Shown: positions 23,942 to 59,806 of the stretch, one piece after another | How positions within the stretch are numbered: position 1 is the stretch's first letter | Layout of the letters: every line of letters starts with the position of its first letter | Assembly (NCBI RefSeq): GCF_006345805.1 | Contig: NC_043024.1 | Span: 2,480,001-2,544,000, forward strand | Direction of reading: 5' to 3' | Length of the DNA stretch: 64,000 nucleotides | From: Octopus sinensis | Taxonomy: Eukaryota | Program-made: the position numbers and the translations under genes | The notes under the pieces: model-generated | Told to the model about the DNA's origin: nothing | The model's input: only the letters and a program-made list of their open reading frames with translations | Database searches by the model: none

Positions 23942-26209
23942 CATCATCATCATCATCGTTTAACGTCCGTTCTCCATGCTAGCATGGGTTGGATGGTTCG
24001 ACCGGGGATCTGGGAAGCCAGAAGGCTGTACCAGGCTGCAGTCTTATCTGGCAATGTTTCTACAGCTGGATGCCCTTCCTAACGCCAACCACTCCGTGAG
24101 CGTAGTGGGTGCTTTTTACGTGCCACCTGCATGGGTGCCAGGCGAGGCTGGCAACGGCCATGGTCGGATTGGTGTATTTTACGTGCCAAGGCACGGGAGC
24201 CAGTCAAGGTGGCGCTGGCATCGGCCACGAGTCGGATAGTGCTTTTTACGTACCACCAGACCAGGGATCCTGGCTTCGCTTGCCTCAACAGGTCTTTGTG
24301 TCCAAGGGAGGAAAGGCATTCATAAGTGGGCTGGGCTCACTTGTCCTGCCTGGTCTTCTCACGTACAGCATATTTCCATAGGTCTCGGTCGCTGGTCATT
24401 TCCTCAGTGAGGCCTAAAGTTCGAAGGTCGTGCTTCACCACCTCCTCCCAGGTTTTCCTGGGTCTACCTCTTCCACGGGTTCCCTCAACTGCTAGGGATT
24501 GGTACTTTCTCACACACCTATCTTCATCCATTCTCGCCACATGTCCATACCAGTGCAATCGTCTCTCTTGCACACCACAACTGATGCTTCTTAGGTACAA
24601 CATTTCTCTCAAGGTACTAACGCTCTGTCGAGCATGTACACTGACGTTACACATCCATCGGAGCATACTGGCTTCATTCCTCACAAGCTTACGCATGTCT
24701 TCAGCAGTCACGGCCCATGTTTCACTACCATGTAGCATGGCTGTTCGTACACATGCATCATACAGTCTGCCTTTTACTCTGAGCGAGAGGCCTTTAGTCA
24801 CCAGCAGAGGTAAGAGCTCCCTAGACTTTGCCCAGGCTATTCTTATTCTAGCAGTTACACTTTCAGCGCACCCATCCCCACTACTGACTTGGTCACCTAG
24901 ATAACGGAAGCTATCAACTACTTCTAGTTTTTCCCGCTATGATAAATAGGAGGGGGCTGAGTACTGAACCCTGGTGGACCCCAACCTCTACTTTGAATTC
25001 TTCTGTGTATATGTTACCAACCCTAACCTTACTTACGGCATCTCTGTACATGGCTTGCACAGCCCTCACCAGCCATTCATCTATCCCTAGTTTCCTCATT
25101 GATTACCAGATAAGGGATCGGGGGACCCTATCAAAGGCTTTCTCCATGTCAACGAAAGCCAGGTACAGGGGCTTATCTTTGGCTAGGTATTTCTCCTGCA
25201 GCTGCCTTACCAGGAATATAGCATCAGTGGTACTTTTCCCTGGCACGAACCCAAACTGCATCTCATCTAAACTAACTCTCTCTCTAATTAGGTGGGCTAT
25301 GACCCTCTCCGTAACCTTCATTACCTGATCCAACAGCTTGATACCTCTGTAATTATTTGTATCTAGGGCATCACCTTTACCTTTGTAGCAGTTGACTAGT
25401 ATGCTGCTACACCAGTTATTGGGTATGACTCCTTCATGTATCACCTGGTTGACTATACGGGTGACTAGGTTATATCCGACACTGCCAGATGTTTTGAGCA
25501 TCTCTGCAGTAATTCCTGATGGGCCTGGGGCTTTCCCTGTCTTCATGCTTCTAATTGCCTTAGCTACCACGGAACTATCAACTCGGATAGCTGGTCCCTC
25601 TGTTGGGTCAACATTCGGCAGACTCTCTTTATCCCATTCATTTTCTTTATTCAGCAACCTTTCATAGTGGCATCTCCAAACCTCTCTCTTTGCATCCTCA
25701 TTTAGTGCAAGTGAACCATCATCCATGCGAACACACTTCTCTCCTACCACATCACGATTCTCTCCCACACACTGTCTTGCAACACGAAATACCTCAAGTC
25801 TTTCATCTTCACGGCTCACAACATTGGCAAATTTTTTCTTATCCGCTTCCCCTCTGGCTAAATAAACATGTCTCCTAGCTTCCCTTCTGGCTGTCTGATA
25901 CAATTCCCTGCTACCACCGTTCTTCCAGTCCCTCCAAGCCTGTTTCTTTTGTCTAATAGCCCTGTCCACCACATTGTTCCACCACCACGTTACTCTGGGT
26001 CGAGACGGGACTTTGCTCCATCCACAGATCTGGTCAGTGGCTGTCAGCAGATTGTCCCGTAGAAATCTCCAGTTGTCTTCCACATTAAGTGAAGCTATAT
26101 CCCCTTCTATTTCGTCAAAGGCTTCGAGTAGTATGTCTCTAAATCTCTGTCCATTTGCAGGATCTTTAAGCTTCCAGACCCTTCTCCTCCAAGCTGGTCT
26201 TCTTCTGGG

Positions 26210-26212
<3 letters not shown>
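23941..26212 (-). mobile_element. RTE LINE, duplicate of the 10790-13602 insertion with a ~410-bp deletion removing YADD
   Basis: Same 5' truncation point and flanks as copy A. The junction ttcccgct|atgataaat near 24938 joins copy-A positions ~11895 and ~12306. Confidence 0.95.
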
Positions 26213-26257
<45 letters not shown>

Positions 26258-27304
26258 TAAAACGGTAAGATAACAAAAGAAAGAAAGAAAGAGACCTCAA
26301 TATTATGTAAATAGAGGAAATTTTTATCTATAAAATAATATGTTACATTACTCAATAGTCAAGATAAAACACTGAGTTTCAGATGCCGAAGTGGAAATCC
26401 ACAACACCATCTCTTCGGTTATCTGGCCATCTGAAAAAACGCTATGAAAAAATACCGTTATATAAAGGGAAATTACTGTATTATAATTCTGCGCGCGAAA
26501 ACCCACGTGCGTACTTATACGTCACTATGCAAACATACACATCTTCACTCGCATTTTTCGCCAAATATATACGCATATATATATACAACCTCTTACATAC
26601 ACACATGCGTACCGTAAAAGTTCATACATACGTCTATATACGCACAAACACAAGAAAAACCATGGTTAAAGGTAACAGAAAAAAAAACATAAGGAAGTAT
26701 ACAAAGCATAAAAACCACGTTCATATACGGACATGCCCCTATGCACTCATACACACACACACGCCCGTATATGTACATACCCGCACATATTTATATACGC
26801 ATACATACACACGCATATACAAAAAATGAATGTATTTATGCCCCCCCCCCCCACCATAAAAATGGAAAAATACTAAGTTAAAACGTCTATATATATATAT
26901 ATGTGCATTCTTATGCCCGCACACATATATATATATATATATATAGACATATATATGTATATACATATATATGCACATACACACACAAAAAAGTTGGCGA
27001 TTACAAAGGAATTTCACAAGGATCATATATATAGTGGAAGCCGCTTATTGTGATCATTTCCGTACAGCATTGGCCAACACCTAACAGATGACGTTAAACA
27101 AATATAAAGTCTGAACCAATTAATTTCGATAACAATAACCGGCTGATAACGTTATCCGCTATTCCGATTTACCGCCACTCCATTCCTGCCCAGCCTACAT
27201 CAATACACAACAAACTACGGCATTTCTATAAATCGCAGTATTTGCTATACAACGTCTTCAATCAGATCGTATTCCTCTCCAATATATATACATATATATA
27301 TAAT

Positions 27305-27415
27305 AACTTACCCCTGATGCTTAATAAATAAATAAATATTTATTTACTTTCGATTTCGTCTCCAAAGAATTGAGGAAACGTGACAAGCCGGAAGTAAGGT
27401 GCGTCATGTGACTTA
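27305..27415 (-). promoter_or_regulatory. Putative ZNF promoter/exon 1/donor (copy B)
   Basis: aacttac at 27305-27311, CCGGAAGT at 27388-27395, tgcgtcatgtgac. Confidence 0.55.
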
Positions 27416-28247
27416 GACTCTTTAATATATGAAACCACAAAGAGTGCTGCCGACACAAAAGCGAAACTAAGAAGGAAGGGGGAACGTAATATTGTTGTTG
27501 ACTATCACCATGGTTACTGTCTAAGCGGAAGGCGCATGGCTCGGTGGTTAGCGCATCGGGCTATCAATCGCGAGTTAGTGAGTTCGATTCCCTGGATCTT
27601 TTCGTTTTGACTGGCAGATTTTAAAAATAATTTCTTTGTAACTAAACACTTTTAAACTTAAGTACCAGTTACGCACTGGGGTCGATGTAATCAACTTAAT
27701 CCCTTTGTCTGTCCTTGTCTGTTCCCTCCTATCTTTTCCGTTTGAACAGCAGTTTTTAACATAATTTCTAGGTAACTAAACACTTTTAAACTTCGTGTAA
27801 TGGTAGAATTTGTTACATAAATCATCTTTTTCTCTTGGCATTCTTGAGAAAATTCTGTAGTTTGTAAGCTACAATTATTGTTGTTGATAAACTACGGCAG
27901 ATATTGTATTCACCTCAATAGACGTCATTGAATGGTTGAAATTGCCGAAATGCAAGAAATTAAACAACAAATAGCTTACAAGCTACAGAATTTTCTCAAG
28001 AAATCCAGGAGAAAAAGATGTTTTATAAATACATTCTACCAGTATACGAAGTTTAAAGAATAAGTCCTGGGGTCGATTTGATCGACTAAAGGCGGTGCTC
28101 CAGCATGGCCACAGTCACATGACTGAAACAAGTAAAAGAGTAAAGAGAGATAGCTAGATAAACAGGTAGATAGATAGGTCGGTAGATAGATAGGTATGTA
28201 GGTAGGCAGATAGATAAATAGACAGACAGATAGCTAGATAGACACAA

Positions 28248-28361
<114 letters not shown>

Positions 28362-28368
28362 GATAGAT

Positions 28369-28403
<35 letters not shown>

Positions 28404-30064
28404 TAGATGGATAGACAGATAGAAGCAGTTCTTCCTTCGAAAAGGACGATTCTTTTCTTCAGCTTTAAAGCTTCCAACATGAATGTTGGTGGTGGTGGCC
28501 ATGTTTATAGCAGTAAGGGTTGTCTTTACTTCTTTGTATCTTCTAAGGCCAGACTGGCAGGTTTCTGTGTGCGTTCAAGCGGAACAACTTCCTTTTCAGA
28601 CAGATAGTGGAAGCACTCCGTCGGTTACGACGATGAAGGTTCCGGTTGATCCGAATCAACGGAACAGCCTGCTCGTGAAATTAACGTGTAAGTGGCTGAG
28701 CACTCCGCAGACACGTGTACCCTTAACGTAGTTCTCGGGGATATTCAGCGTGACACAGAGAGTGACAAGGCTGGCCCTTTGAAATACAGGTACAACAGAA
28801 ACAGGAAGTAAGAGTGAGAGAAAGTTGTGGTGAAAGAGTACAGCAGGGATCACCACCATCCCCTGCCGGAGCCTCGTGGGGCTTTTAGGTGTTTTCGCTC
28901 AATAAACACTCACAACGCCCGGTCCGGGAATCGAAACCGCGAGTCCGCTGCCCTAACCACTAAATAAAACACAAAAATACAAAGTAAATAATTTTAAAAC
29001 TAAGTAAATAACACACAAAAATACAAAGTAAGGATCGACTAGTCATGACTAGCTAGCGCGGATGCACGAGTACGCGAGTGCGCGCACCGGATTCACTCTT
29101 CTCAAGTAGTACCGATAGATAGACAGACAGAGATAGATAGATAAATAGAGATAGATAGGTAGACATATATAGATAAATAGACAGACAAATAGATGGATAA
29201 ACGGATGGATGGATGGATAGATAGATAGGCACAGATATGCTATAGAAATAAACTTTGACGTACGCACCTTGAAGTTTTCCAGTGTTAAAACTTTCTTTGG
29301 AAGTTGCACGTCATCTTCAGCAGGTGCTTCGTGTGTGTGTGTGTGTGTGTAGGCAGAGTACGGCCGAATGGTCAAGAAGATCCCTTAACAACCACGAGGT
29401 CCCTCGTTCCGTCCTACTGCGAGACACTTTGGGCAAATAACACTTTCTGCAGTGTCCAGTTGACCTGAATGAAATCGGACAGAGGGGAAAGTGCTGAACC
29501 CAGGAATTCCAAAGAGGTCAGCTTCGGGTCGCAGAGGTTCTTGTATGATTCCAGCGGAATCCTCGATGACTCACGGGAATTCCGGAGCAGGGGATTCAGT
29601 TGGGCTTACACCTGAATCCTCATCAGCGAACGACGGGGATCCACGATGTATAAAAATGTCTGTATAGGTATAGATGGAAATGGTGAGGATATTAAGAAAT
29701 GGTTAATAGCAAAACGTGGGAAAGAAAAAAACTGGAATGGGCAGTGAAAAGGAAAACGAAACAATGAAAGAAATTATATAACTTTGTTTAAGTAATTTTA
29801 ATTTAGTCCTTCCTTTTTTCTGAGTTGTGCGTTAGACATGAAATTAGATATGAAATCATTCGTATCTAATTCAAGTCTCCTAATAATTATCAGTTATAAA
29901 GTGGAATTGATCAAGGAATAAAGATTTGTATGAAACTATAGCAGGAAATAAACGGAATTTGCAAGACTGAACGGTTAATGGACGAGGGGAAGTAACTCTT
30001 CCTTCAACAAATGTCCTGAATATTTTTGTTTGGCTTCGGGTTTAAATGACAATTAATTAATTCA

Positions 30065-30636
30065 ACAAATTGTTAGAAAGGATCACAAAAGTACAGCCCC
30101 CAAAATTATTGCAGGGCTTAATGACCGCCTCAAGAACCCAGTTTCCACAAAAACTTTTTGCTGGGAGCTGCACAAAGCCAGATTTCAAGGGAGGGCTGCA
30201 ATCAGAAAACCACTACTTTCAAAAACAAACGTTGCAAAGCGTTTAGAGTGGAGTAAAAACCTACAGAAATTATCCCTAGAGCAGTGGAAGAATGTTATCT
30301 TCTAGGACGAGTCATCCATTACGTTATTTTCGACCACCGGCCGAGTATACGTGTGAAGAGAGCCAAAAGAAGCATTTGACCCAGACTGCCTTCTTCCAAC
30401 TGTTAAACATGGAGGAGGATCTGTAATGATCTGGGGAGCTATATCTTGGAAATCTGCCAGCCCAATGGTTTCCCTTCATGTCAGAATTAATAGTCAAGAC
30501 TATTTAAGCATTTTATCTGATCAAATTCATCCTATGGTTGCAGAACTGTTTCCGGAGGGAAACACAAGCTTTCAGGATAATAATGCACCAATTCACACAG
30601 CTAAAGTTGTCACTGAATGGCACGAGGAACATTCAT
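30065..30636 (+). mobile_element. Tc1-family transposase remnant
   Basis: As 17660-18232. Confidence 0.9.
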
Positions 30637-30725
30637 CAACCGTTTCAAAGTAAACATTAGTCCTTGCTCTTTTTAACACAATAACTTCTGGTATTTCATA
30701 TACAGCAGATCTTTCCTTCTCCTAT

Positions 30726-30760
30726 GTTTCCGACGAAGAGCTCCGCTCGAAACGTTAGAC
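30726..30760 (+). ncRNA. Minimal hammerhead-like variant, best-preserved copy
   Basis: GTTT CCGACGA A GAGC-TCC-GCTC GAAA CG TT AGAC, with palindromic AACGTT stem III. Confidence 0.55.
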
Positions 30761-31175
30761 TATCCTTCATTCCTGAGCGTCCAATAATACTATATTTCTT
30801 CCACGTCCTCACGTTGTTGTGTTTTTTTTTGTGCTTTCTCTTTTGGATTAACTATATATATATATATAACCGATTGTGGATGCTGCCAGACTCCCCTGGC
30901 ACCTGTGCCGGTGGCATGTAAAAAATACCCACTACACATGCGGAGCTGTTTATGTTAGGAAGGGCATCCAGCTGTAGAAACACTGCCAGATCAGACTGGG
31001 CCTGGTGCAGCCTCCTGGCTTCCCAGACCCCGGTCGAACCGTCCAACCCGTGCTAGCATGGAAAACTGACGTTAAACGATGACCATGATGATGATATATA
31101 TAGAAATTAAAATCCAGGAAACACAGAAGTAGCATTAATATAGTTTATTCACTGCAAAAATTCAACATGTACACT

Positions 31176-31246
31176 TACAGCTGTTTCGATTTTGCTCAAA
31201 AGAAATTCCAATAATTAAAACATTTAATTGGGCAAAATCTCATCAG
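31176..31246 (-). ncRNA. Type I hammerhead ribozyme motif (third paralog, retains 5' flank)
   Basis: Same core and stem II as 378-450. It is preceded by ~313 bp (31247-31560) absent from the other two copies. Confidence 0.75.
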
Positions 31247-32776
31247 AGGAATGAAAAAGCAAGCCCATAGCAATATCATATCTTCTCCGCTATTTCAGTA
31301 TTACATGTTAAAAGTGAAACAAAAATATTTCTCTATTTTATGTCAGATGCTTTCAATTTAACAATAAAAATAATAATAACAATTGAATTATATGCAGTAA
31401 GTAATAATTAAAATCAAACTAAAGTATAATATAATCGTAACATACTAAAGTAAAAATAGCATCAATGATATGAACTTGAATAAGTGGTTTCACATGAATG
31501 GGAATAAATTAAAAATATAATTAGCGTGCAGAAATGGAATAGTCCAGATGGATAATACAAAATTAAATTAAAGAAAAGACTATTGTCTATAAAGTATACA
31601 ATGTAGAGAAAAAAGAAGAGCTAACAATTTCAGTCTGTTATATATTTTGAGTATTGTTATCACTAGCGATATCAAGATATAACTTTGTATTTTGCATTTT
31701 ATGTGTAGATGTATATAGATAGATATACATGTAATATGTACACATATATACATGCACTAGCACTATGACCCGGCAACGACGGGTCTTTAATGCTAGTTGG
31801 TAAATAAATGGTAGATAGTGAGTTATATTTCTCACTATAATTATTTTATAATGTATCGATTTAATTATTTTGTAATTTATCTATATCAGTTCAATCAATT
31901 TCTTTAACAAAGTTATAAATGTGATCACGTTGTTCTCTCATTCATATGATACTATTTTTACTATAACTCACTAATCTAACATTTATTTAATGCGGTTTCG
32001 ATTCCCAGACCGGGCGTTGTGTGTGTTTATTGAGCGAAAACACCTAAACCTCCACGAGGCTCCGGCAGGGGGGGGGGTGGCGATCCCTGCTGTACTCTTT
32101 CTTCCTGTTTCTTGAGTAATGCTGCGATGGACTGGCGTCCTGTCCAGCTGGTGGTGTAACACATATGCCACAGAGACCGGGCCCATGAGCCTGGCTAGGT
32201 TTGTAAAGGGCGCATAAATAAATAAAAATAATAAATATACTGGCATTTAATAAAACTGTGTAAGAGAATAATTTACCACAACTCAATTGCAAGAAGCACT
32301 TCCATCAAGTTAAGCTATTTATTCGAGAGAATGATTTAATAGAGGTGCAGGAGTGGCTGTGTGGTAAGTAGCTTGCTTACCAACCACATGGTTCCGGGTT
32401 CAGTCCCACTGCGTGGCATCTTGGGCAAGTGTCTTCTGCTATAGCCCCGGGCCGGCCAAAGCCTTCTGAGTGGATTTGGTAAACGGAAACTGAAAGAAGC
32501 CTGTCGTATATACGTATACATATATATGTATATATGTGCATGTGTTTGTGTGTCTGTGTTTGTCCCCCTAGCATTGCTTGTCAATCGATGCTGGTGTGTT
32601 ACGTCCCCGTTACTTAGTGGTTCAGCAAAAGAGACTGATAGAATAAGTACTGGACTTACAAGGAATAAGTCCTGCGGTCGATTTGCTCGACTGAAGGCGG
32701 TGCTCCAGCATGGCCGCAGTCAAATGACTGAAACAAGTAAAAGAGAGAGAGAGAGAGTAATAGAATTATCACAGTG

Positions 32777-34810
<2,034 letters not shown>

Positions 34811-36432
34811 TATTTTTCTCCTCTCACCACAAAGTCCAAATGTTTTTCTTTTTTTCTTCTTTTTTTTATATTCTATTCCCCAGTTATTTCTGTTGCTTGA
34901 AATGCTTAGCGGTATTTCGTCTGTCTTGTTGTTCTGAGTTCAAATTCCACCGAGGTCGACTTCGCCTTTCATTCTTTCGGGGTCGATAAATAAAGTACCA
35001 GTTTCACACTGGGGTCGATATAATCGACTTAATCCCTTTGTCTGTCCTTCTTTGTCCCTTCTATGTTTAGCCCCCTAGTGGGCAATAAAGAAATATATAT
35101 TTCCATCAACTTTAATCATTGTCAATATCTGAGGGGGCTGCCAATTCCTTTGCAATCCAGGTTTAATTAGAATACATGATTGGTTTTCTTGCACCCATTC
35201 CAGGCAGTAAAGTACAGAAATGCTGCTAATAATCACACACCCAAAGAAAATCTTTTACAATTCTATAATCGATTTATATAAACAGGGTAATATTTCTTCT
35301 GTGTAGCATCTTAGTTTTATTTTAAACAATATATCATATATATTCATGATGTGTTCGATGTAAAATCTTCTTTTATGCTAAATATCCTCTCTGATACACT
35401 GAAATAAAAAAGAAATAACATGAGATATAGAATATACTTGAAAAGTAAAGATTAAATAATGAAAATTTTATTACATTTTTCTACTGATAAACTGGAGATA
35501 CAAACCTTTAGCTGGCCAAATAAACGTTAACACGTCAGTCTGACAAACAAACAAGATTATAAGGTAGTCATGGGATGTGCTAAAAATAATAGCTAAATAG
35601 CTCTTAAATCACGCAGCAATTTTAAAAATTTTGTTTTGGTTTTTGCACAATCCTATGAATTACGAATTCGCAAGAGTTTTCTAAAAATTCCCCAAAAGTT
35701 TTGAACCAACGAAGAACGTATAATTTACATCTGCTGTTTATTTGTTGAGCGAAGCGGTCTTCGTCCCAGAGCTTGCAAGATGGAAGAAGTCGGAAACGTG
35801 GTCCTTTGCTATTCGTAAGACCCGCAGAAGAGAAAGCAGGTCAGCCCCCCCGACACCGAGAGCATCGAATGATGGATGAATGTGCATCCAGGCTTGGCTG
35901 TTGCGTAGGAAGTCGGGGAACAAGAAACAGGAAGAAAGAGTGAGAGAAAGTTGGGGCGAAAGAGTACAACAGGGGTTGCCACCACCCTCTGCTGGAGCAT
36001 CGTGGAGCTTTAGGTGTTTTCGCTCAATATACACACACAACGCCCGGTCTGGGAATTGAAACCGCGATCCTCCAAACGCGAGTCTGCTGCCCTAACTGGG
36101 CCATTGCGCATCCACTTACATCTGCTGTATATGAAATACCAGAGGTTATTGTGTTAAAAAGAGCAAGGACTAATGTTTACTTGGAAACGGTTGATGATGA
36201 TGATATATATATTTATTGCCCGCAAGGGGATAAACATAGAGGGGACAAACAAGGACAGACACAGGGATTAAGTCGATTACATCGACCCAGTGCATAACTG
36301 GTACTTAATTTATCGACCCTGAAAGATGAAAGGCAAAGTCGACCTCAGTGGAATTTGAACTCATAACGTAAAGACACATGCATTTCGCCCGTCGTGCTAA
36401 TGTTGTTGCCAGCTCGCTACCTTTATATATAT

Positions 36433-37631
36433 ATATTGTTATATTTCGGAATGGTCATATTGCCAGTTTAGCCAATAAAAACACACGCACTATATATTTG
36501 GTGTTATTTTGCTTCAGTGATATTTATTTTTTACATTAATCTTAATCTTATTTCGGCCAAAGTTCTTTCGTCACACTCCTGTGACCGCATCAGTGGTTCT
36601 TTGTTTTCTTCTCACTTATTTGTGTCTCTCCTTACTAACAGTCAGCCATTTTGTATTTCTATTGTATGTCTTCATTTGTGCATGCTTATATCTCTATGTG
36701 CGTCTATGTTTAGTTAGTGTCTGTGTGTGTGGGGGGATGCCTGTAATATTTGTATCTTCTGTTTATATATGTTCATGTAATTTGTATTTTGTTTTTGTTG
36801 TTGCTTTTGTTCTAATTTTGTTCATGTGTTTACATCCCCCCATTATTATCAGTACACATGCTTGTATGTATGTATAACAACAATATTAGTAATAATAATA
36901 ATAAATCTAATCGAAAAAAAAAAAAGAAAAAAAAATATGTATATATATACACATACACACACATATACACATATACATATACATACACATACATATATAT
37001 ACATACCTACATATATATATATATACATATATATACTTATACATTTCTATTTGTTTATTTATCTGTGTATTTATTATGTTTTCTGGATCCTCTATCGTCA
37101 TATGTTGTGGTGTGTGCTATTGCTCCATTCTAGTTTTCTATTCAGGCTAGGTTTATTTTCTATTATATGTGTAGCTTCTGTAATTTGTCTAATTGTTGCA
37201 TCTGTTCTATGTGTGGACAATATCTTAATCTCTATGTTATTGATTGATCTCCCGTGTGTATGTATGCATATATAAAAAATACAAATTACAAGAATGTATA
37301 TAACCAGAAGATACAAATATTACAGGCATCCCCCCACACACACACACTAACTAAACATAGACGCACATAGAGATATAAGCATGCGCAAATGAAGACATAC
37401 AATAGAAATACAAAATGGCTGACGGTTAGTAAGGAGAGACACAAATAAGTGAGAAGAAAACAAAGGACCACTGATGCGGTCACAGGAGTGTGACGAAAGA
37501 ACTTTGGCCGAAATAAGATTAAGATTAATGTAAAAAATAAATATCACTGAAGCAAAATAACACCAAATATATAGTGCGTATGTTTTTATTGGCTAAACTA
37601 GCAATATGACCATTCCGAAATATAGCAATAT
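36433..37631. mobile_element. Inverted-repeat insertion with ~355-bp arms (Penelope-like inverted terminal repeat or foldback MITE)
   Basis: 36433-36790 is the reverse complement of 37276-37631. The arms carry a degenerate CTGATGC GGTCA..TGGCC GAAA motif. It lies in the (TA)n tract. Confidence 0.75.
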
Positions 37632-38354
37632 CTGTTTCAACAAACGACTTCACATAAAAAATCTTACACAACAAATATTTAAACATACATATATATATAT
37701 ATATATATATTGGTAAAACGGTAAGATAACAAAAGAAAGAAAGAAAGAGACCTCAATATTATGTAAATAGAGGAAATTTATCTATAAAATAATATGTTAC
37801 ATTACTCAATAGTCAAGATAAAACTCTCAGTTTCAGATGCCGAAGTGGAAATCCACAACACCATCTCTTCGGTTATCTGGCCATCTGAAAAAACGCTATG
37901 AAAAAATACCGTTATATAAAGGGAAATTACTGTATTATAATTCTGCGCGCGAAAACCCACGTGCGTACTTATACGTCACTATGCAAACGTACACATCTTC
38001 ACTCGCATTTTTCGCCAAATATATACAACCTCATACACACACACATGCGTACCGTAAAAGTTCATACATACGTCTATATACGCACAAACACAAGAAAAAC
38101 CATGGTTAAAGGTAACAGAAAAAAAAACATAAGGAAGTATACAAAGCATAAAAACCACGTTCATATACGGACATGCCCCTATGCACTCATACACACACAC
38201 ACGCCCATATATGTACATACCCGCACATATTTATATACGCATACATACACACGCATATACAAAAAATGAATATATATATGTCCCCCCCCCCCACAAAAAT
38301 GGAAAAATACTAAGTAAAAACGTCTATATATATATATGTGCATTTTTATGCCCG

Positions 38355-38402
<48 letters not shown>

Positions 38403-38743
38403 TATGCACATATATATACACACACACAAAAGTTGGCGATTACAAAGGAATTTCACAAGAATCATATATATAGTGGAAGCCGCTTATTGTGATCATTTCC
38501 GTACAGCATTGGCCAACACCTAACAGATGACGTTAAACAAATATAAAGTCTGAACCAATTCATTTTGATAACAATAACCGGCTGATAACGTTATCCGCCA
38601 TTCCGTTTGACCGCCACTCCATTCCTGCCCAGCCTACATCAATACACAACAAACTACGGCATTTCTATAAATCGCAGTATTTGCTATACAACGTCTTCAA
38701 TCAGATCGTATTCCTCTCCAATATATATACATATATATATAAT

Positions 38744-38855
38744 AACTTACCCCTGATGCTTAATAAATAAATAAATATTTATTTACTTTCGATTTCGTCT
38801 CCAAAGAATTGAGGAAACGTGACCAGCCGGAAGTAAGTTGCGTCATGTGACTTAG
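38744..38855 (-). promoter_or_regulatory. Putative ZNF promoter/exon 1/donor (copy C)
   Basis: aacttac at 38744-38750, CCGGAAGT at 38827-38834. Confidence 0.55.
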
Positions 38856-39569
38856 ACTCTTTAATATATGAAACCACAAAGAGTGCTGCTGACACAAAAG
38901 CGAAACTAAGAAGGAAGGGGGAACGTAATATTGTTGTTGACTATCACCATGGTTACTGTCTAAGCGGAAGGCGCATGGCTCGGTGGTTCGCGCATCGGGC
39001 TATCAATCGCGAGTTAGTGAGTTCGATTCCCTGGATCTTTTCGCTGTTCCACGTTGCCAGCGGAATCCTCGGCGACTCACGGGAATTCCGGAGCAGGGGA
39101 TTCAGTTGGTCTTACACCTGAATCCTCATCGGCGAACGACGGAGATCCACGATGTATAAAAATGTCTGTATAGGTATTGATGGAAATGGTGAGGATATTA
39201 AGAAATGGTTAATAGCAAAATGTGGGAAAGAAAAAAACTGGAATGGGCAGTGAAAAGGAAAACGAAACAGAGAAAGAAATTATATAACTTTGTTTAAGTA
39301 ATATTTTTAGTCCTTCCTTTTTTCTGAGTTGTGCGTTAGATATGAAATTAGATATGAAATCATTCGTATCTAATTCCGGTCTCCTAATAATTATCAGTTA
39401 TAAAGCGGAATTGATCAAGGGATAAAGATTTGTATGAAACTATAGCAGGAAGTAAACGGAATTTGCAAGACTGAACGGTTAATGGACGAGGGGAAGTAAC
39501 TCTTCCTTCAACAAAAGTCCTCAATATTTTTATATAGCTTCGGGTTTAAAAGACAATTAATTAATTCAG

Positions 39570-40139
39570 CAAATTGTTAGAAAGGATCACAAAAGTACAG
39601 CCCCCAAAATTACTGCAGGGCTTAATCACCGCCTCAAGTACCCAGTTTCCACAAAAACTTTTTGCTGGGAGCTGCACAAAGCCGGATTTCAAGGGAGGGC
39701 TGCAATCAGAAAACCACTACTTTCAAAAACAAACGTTGCAAAGCGTTTAGAGTGGAGTAAAAACCTACAGAAATTATCCCTAGAGCAGTGGAAGAATGTT
39801 ATTTTCTAGGACGAGTCATCCATTACCTTATTTCCGACAACCGGCCGAGTATACGTGTGAAGAGAGCCAAAAGAAGCATTTGACCCAGACTGCCTTCTTC
39901 CAACTGTTAAACATGGAGGAGGATCTGTAATGATCTGGGGAGCTATATCTTGGAAATCTGCCAGCCCAATGGTTTCCCTCCTTGGCAGAATTAATAGTCA
40001 AGACTATTTAAGCATTTTATCTGATCAAATTCATCCTATGGTTGTGGATCTGCTTCTGGAGGGAAACACAAGCTTTCAGGATGATAATGCACCAATTCAC
40101 ACAGCTAAAGTTGTTACTGAATGGCACGAGGAACATTCC
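39570..40139 (+). mobile_element. Tc1-family transposase remnant
   Basis: As the other copies. It runs into unrelated sequence after EWHEEHS. Confidence 0.9.
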
Positions 40140-40282
40140 AAAGACAGAGATGAAAAACTCTTCAATGAAATTCCTCATCATGAATTACAGACTGTTATGA
40201 ATGATTACGACCCCCAAAAATTTACAAACACCTTTTGTAGCCCAGATGTGAACAAATAATTTATTTGTTCACGCCTGGGCTA

Positions 40283-40440
40283 TATCATCATCCTCATCAT
40301 GATCATTTAGCGTCCGCTTTCCATGCAAGCATGGGTTGGACGGTTCAACTGGGGTCTGGGAAGCAAGAAGGCTGCACCAGGACCAGTCTGAACTGGCAGT
40401 GTTTCTACAGCTCGATGCCCTTCCTAACGCCAACCACTCC
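40283..40440 (-). mobile_element. RTE 3'-end fragment abutting the zinc-finger array
   Basis: catcat tail, ccatgcaagcatgggttggacgg..cctaacgccaaccactcc, fused directly to atatctgcggc (mid-finger). Confidence 0.8.
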
Positions 40441-40442
40441 AT

Positions 40443-59739
<19,297 letters not shown>

Positions 59740-59806
59740 CAGTGCAATATCTTTTATGTTCTTACTTGATTCGATCATTGACTTGCGGTCATACTGGAGC
59801 ACTGCC

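Larger units (their letters stand above)
34911..40139. repeat. Segmental duplication unit, partial copy C (no RTE; ~2.2-kb deletion near 39043)
   Basis: Collinear with A/B. The junction ggatcttttcg-ctgttccacgttg-ccagcggaatcc skips copy-A ~14941-17147. Homology stops inside the Tc1 remnant. Confidence 0.9.

Noticed and set aside
37471-37520. Functional hammerhead in the inverted-repeat arms
   Set aside because: The core is CUGAUGC rather than CUGAUGA and no stem I can be formed. Kept only as a hint of element class.
39930-40259. Tc1 transposase fusion gene possibly joined to the finger array
   Set aside because: The transposase has upstream stops and lacks the third catalytic residue. The ORF ends at 40259 and is separated from the array by an RTE fragment and a stop.
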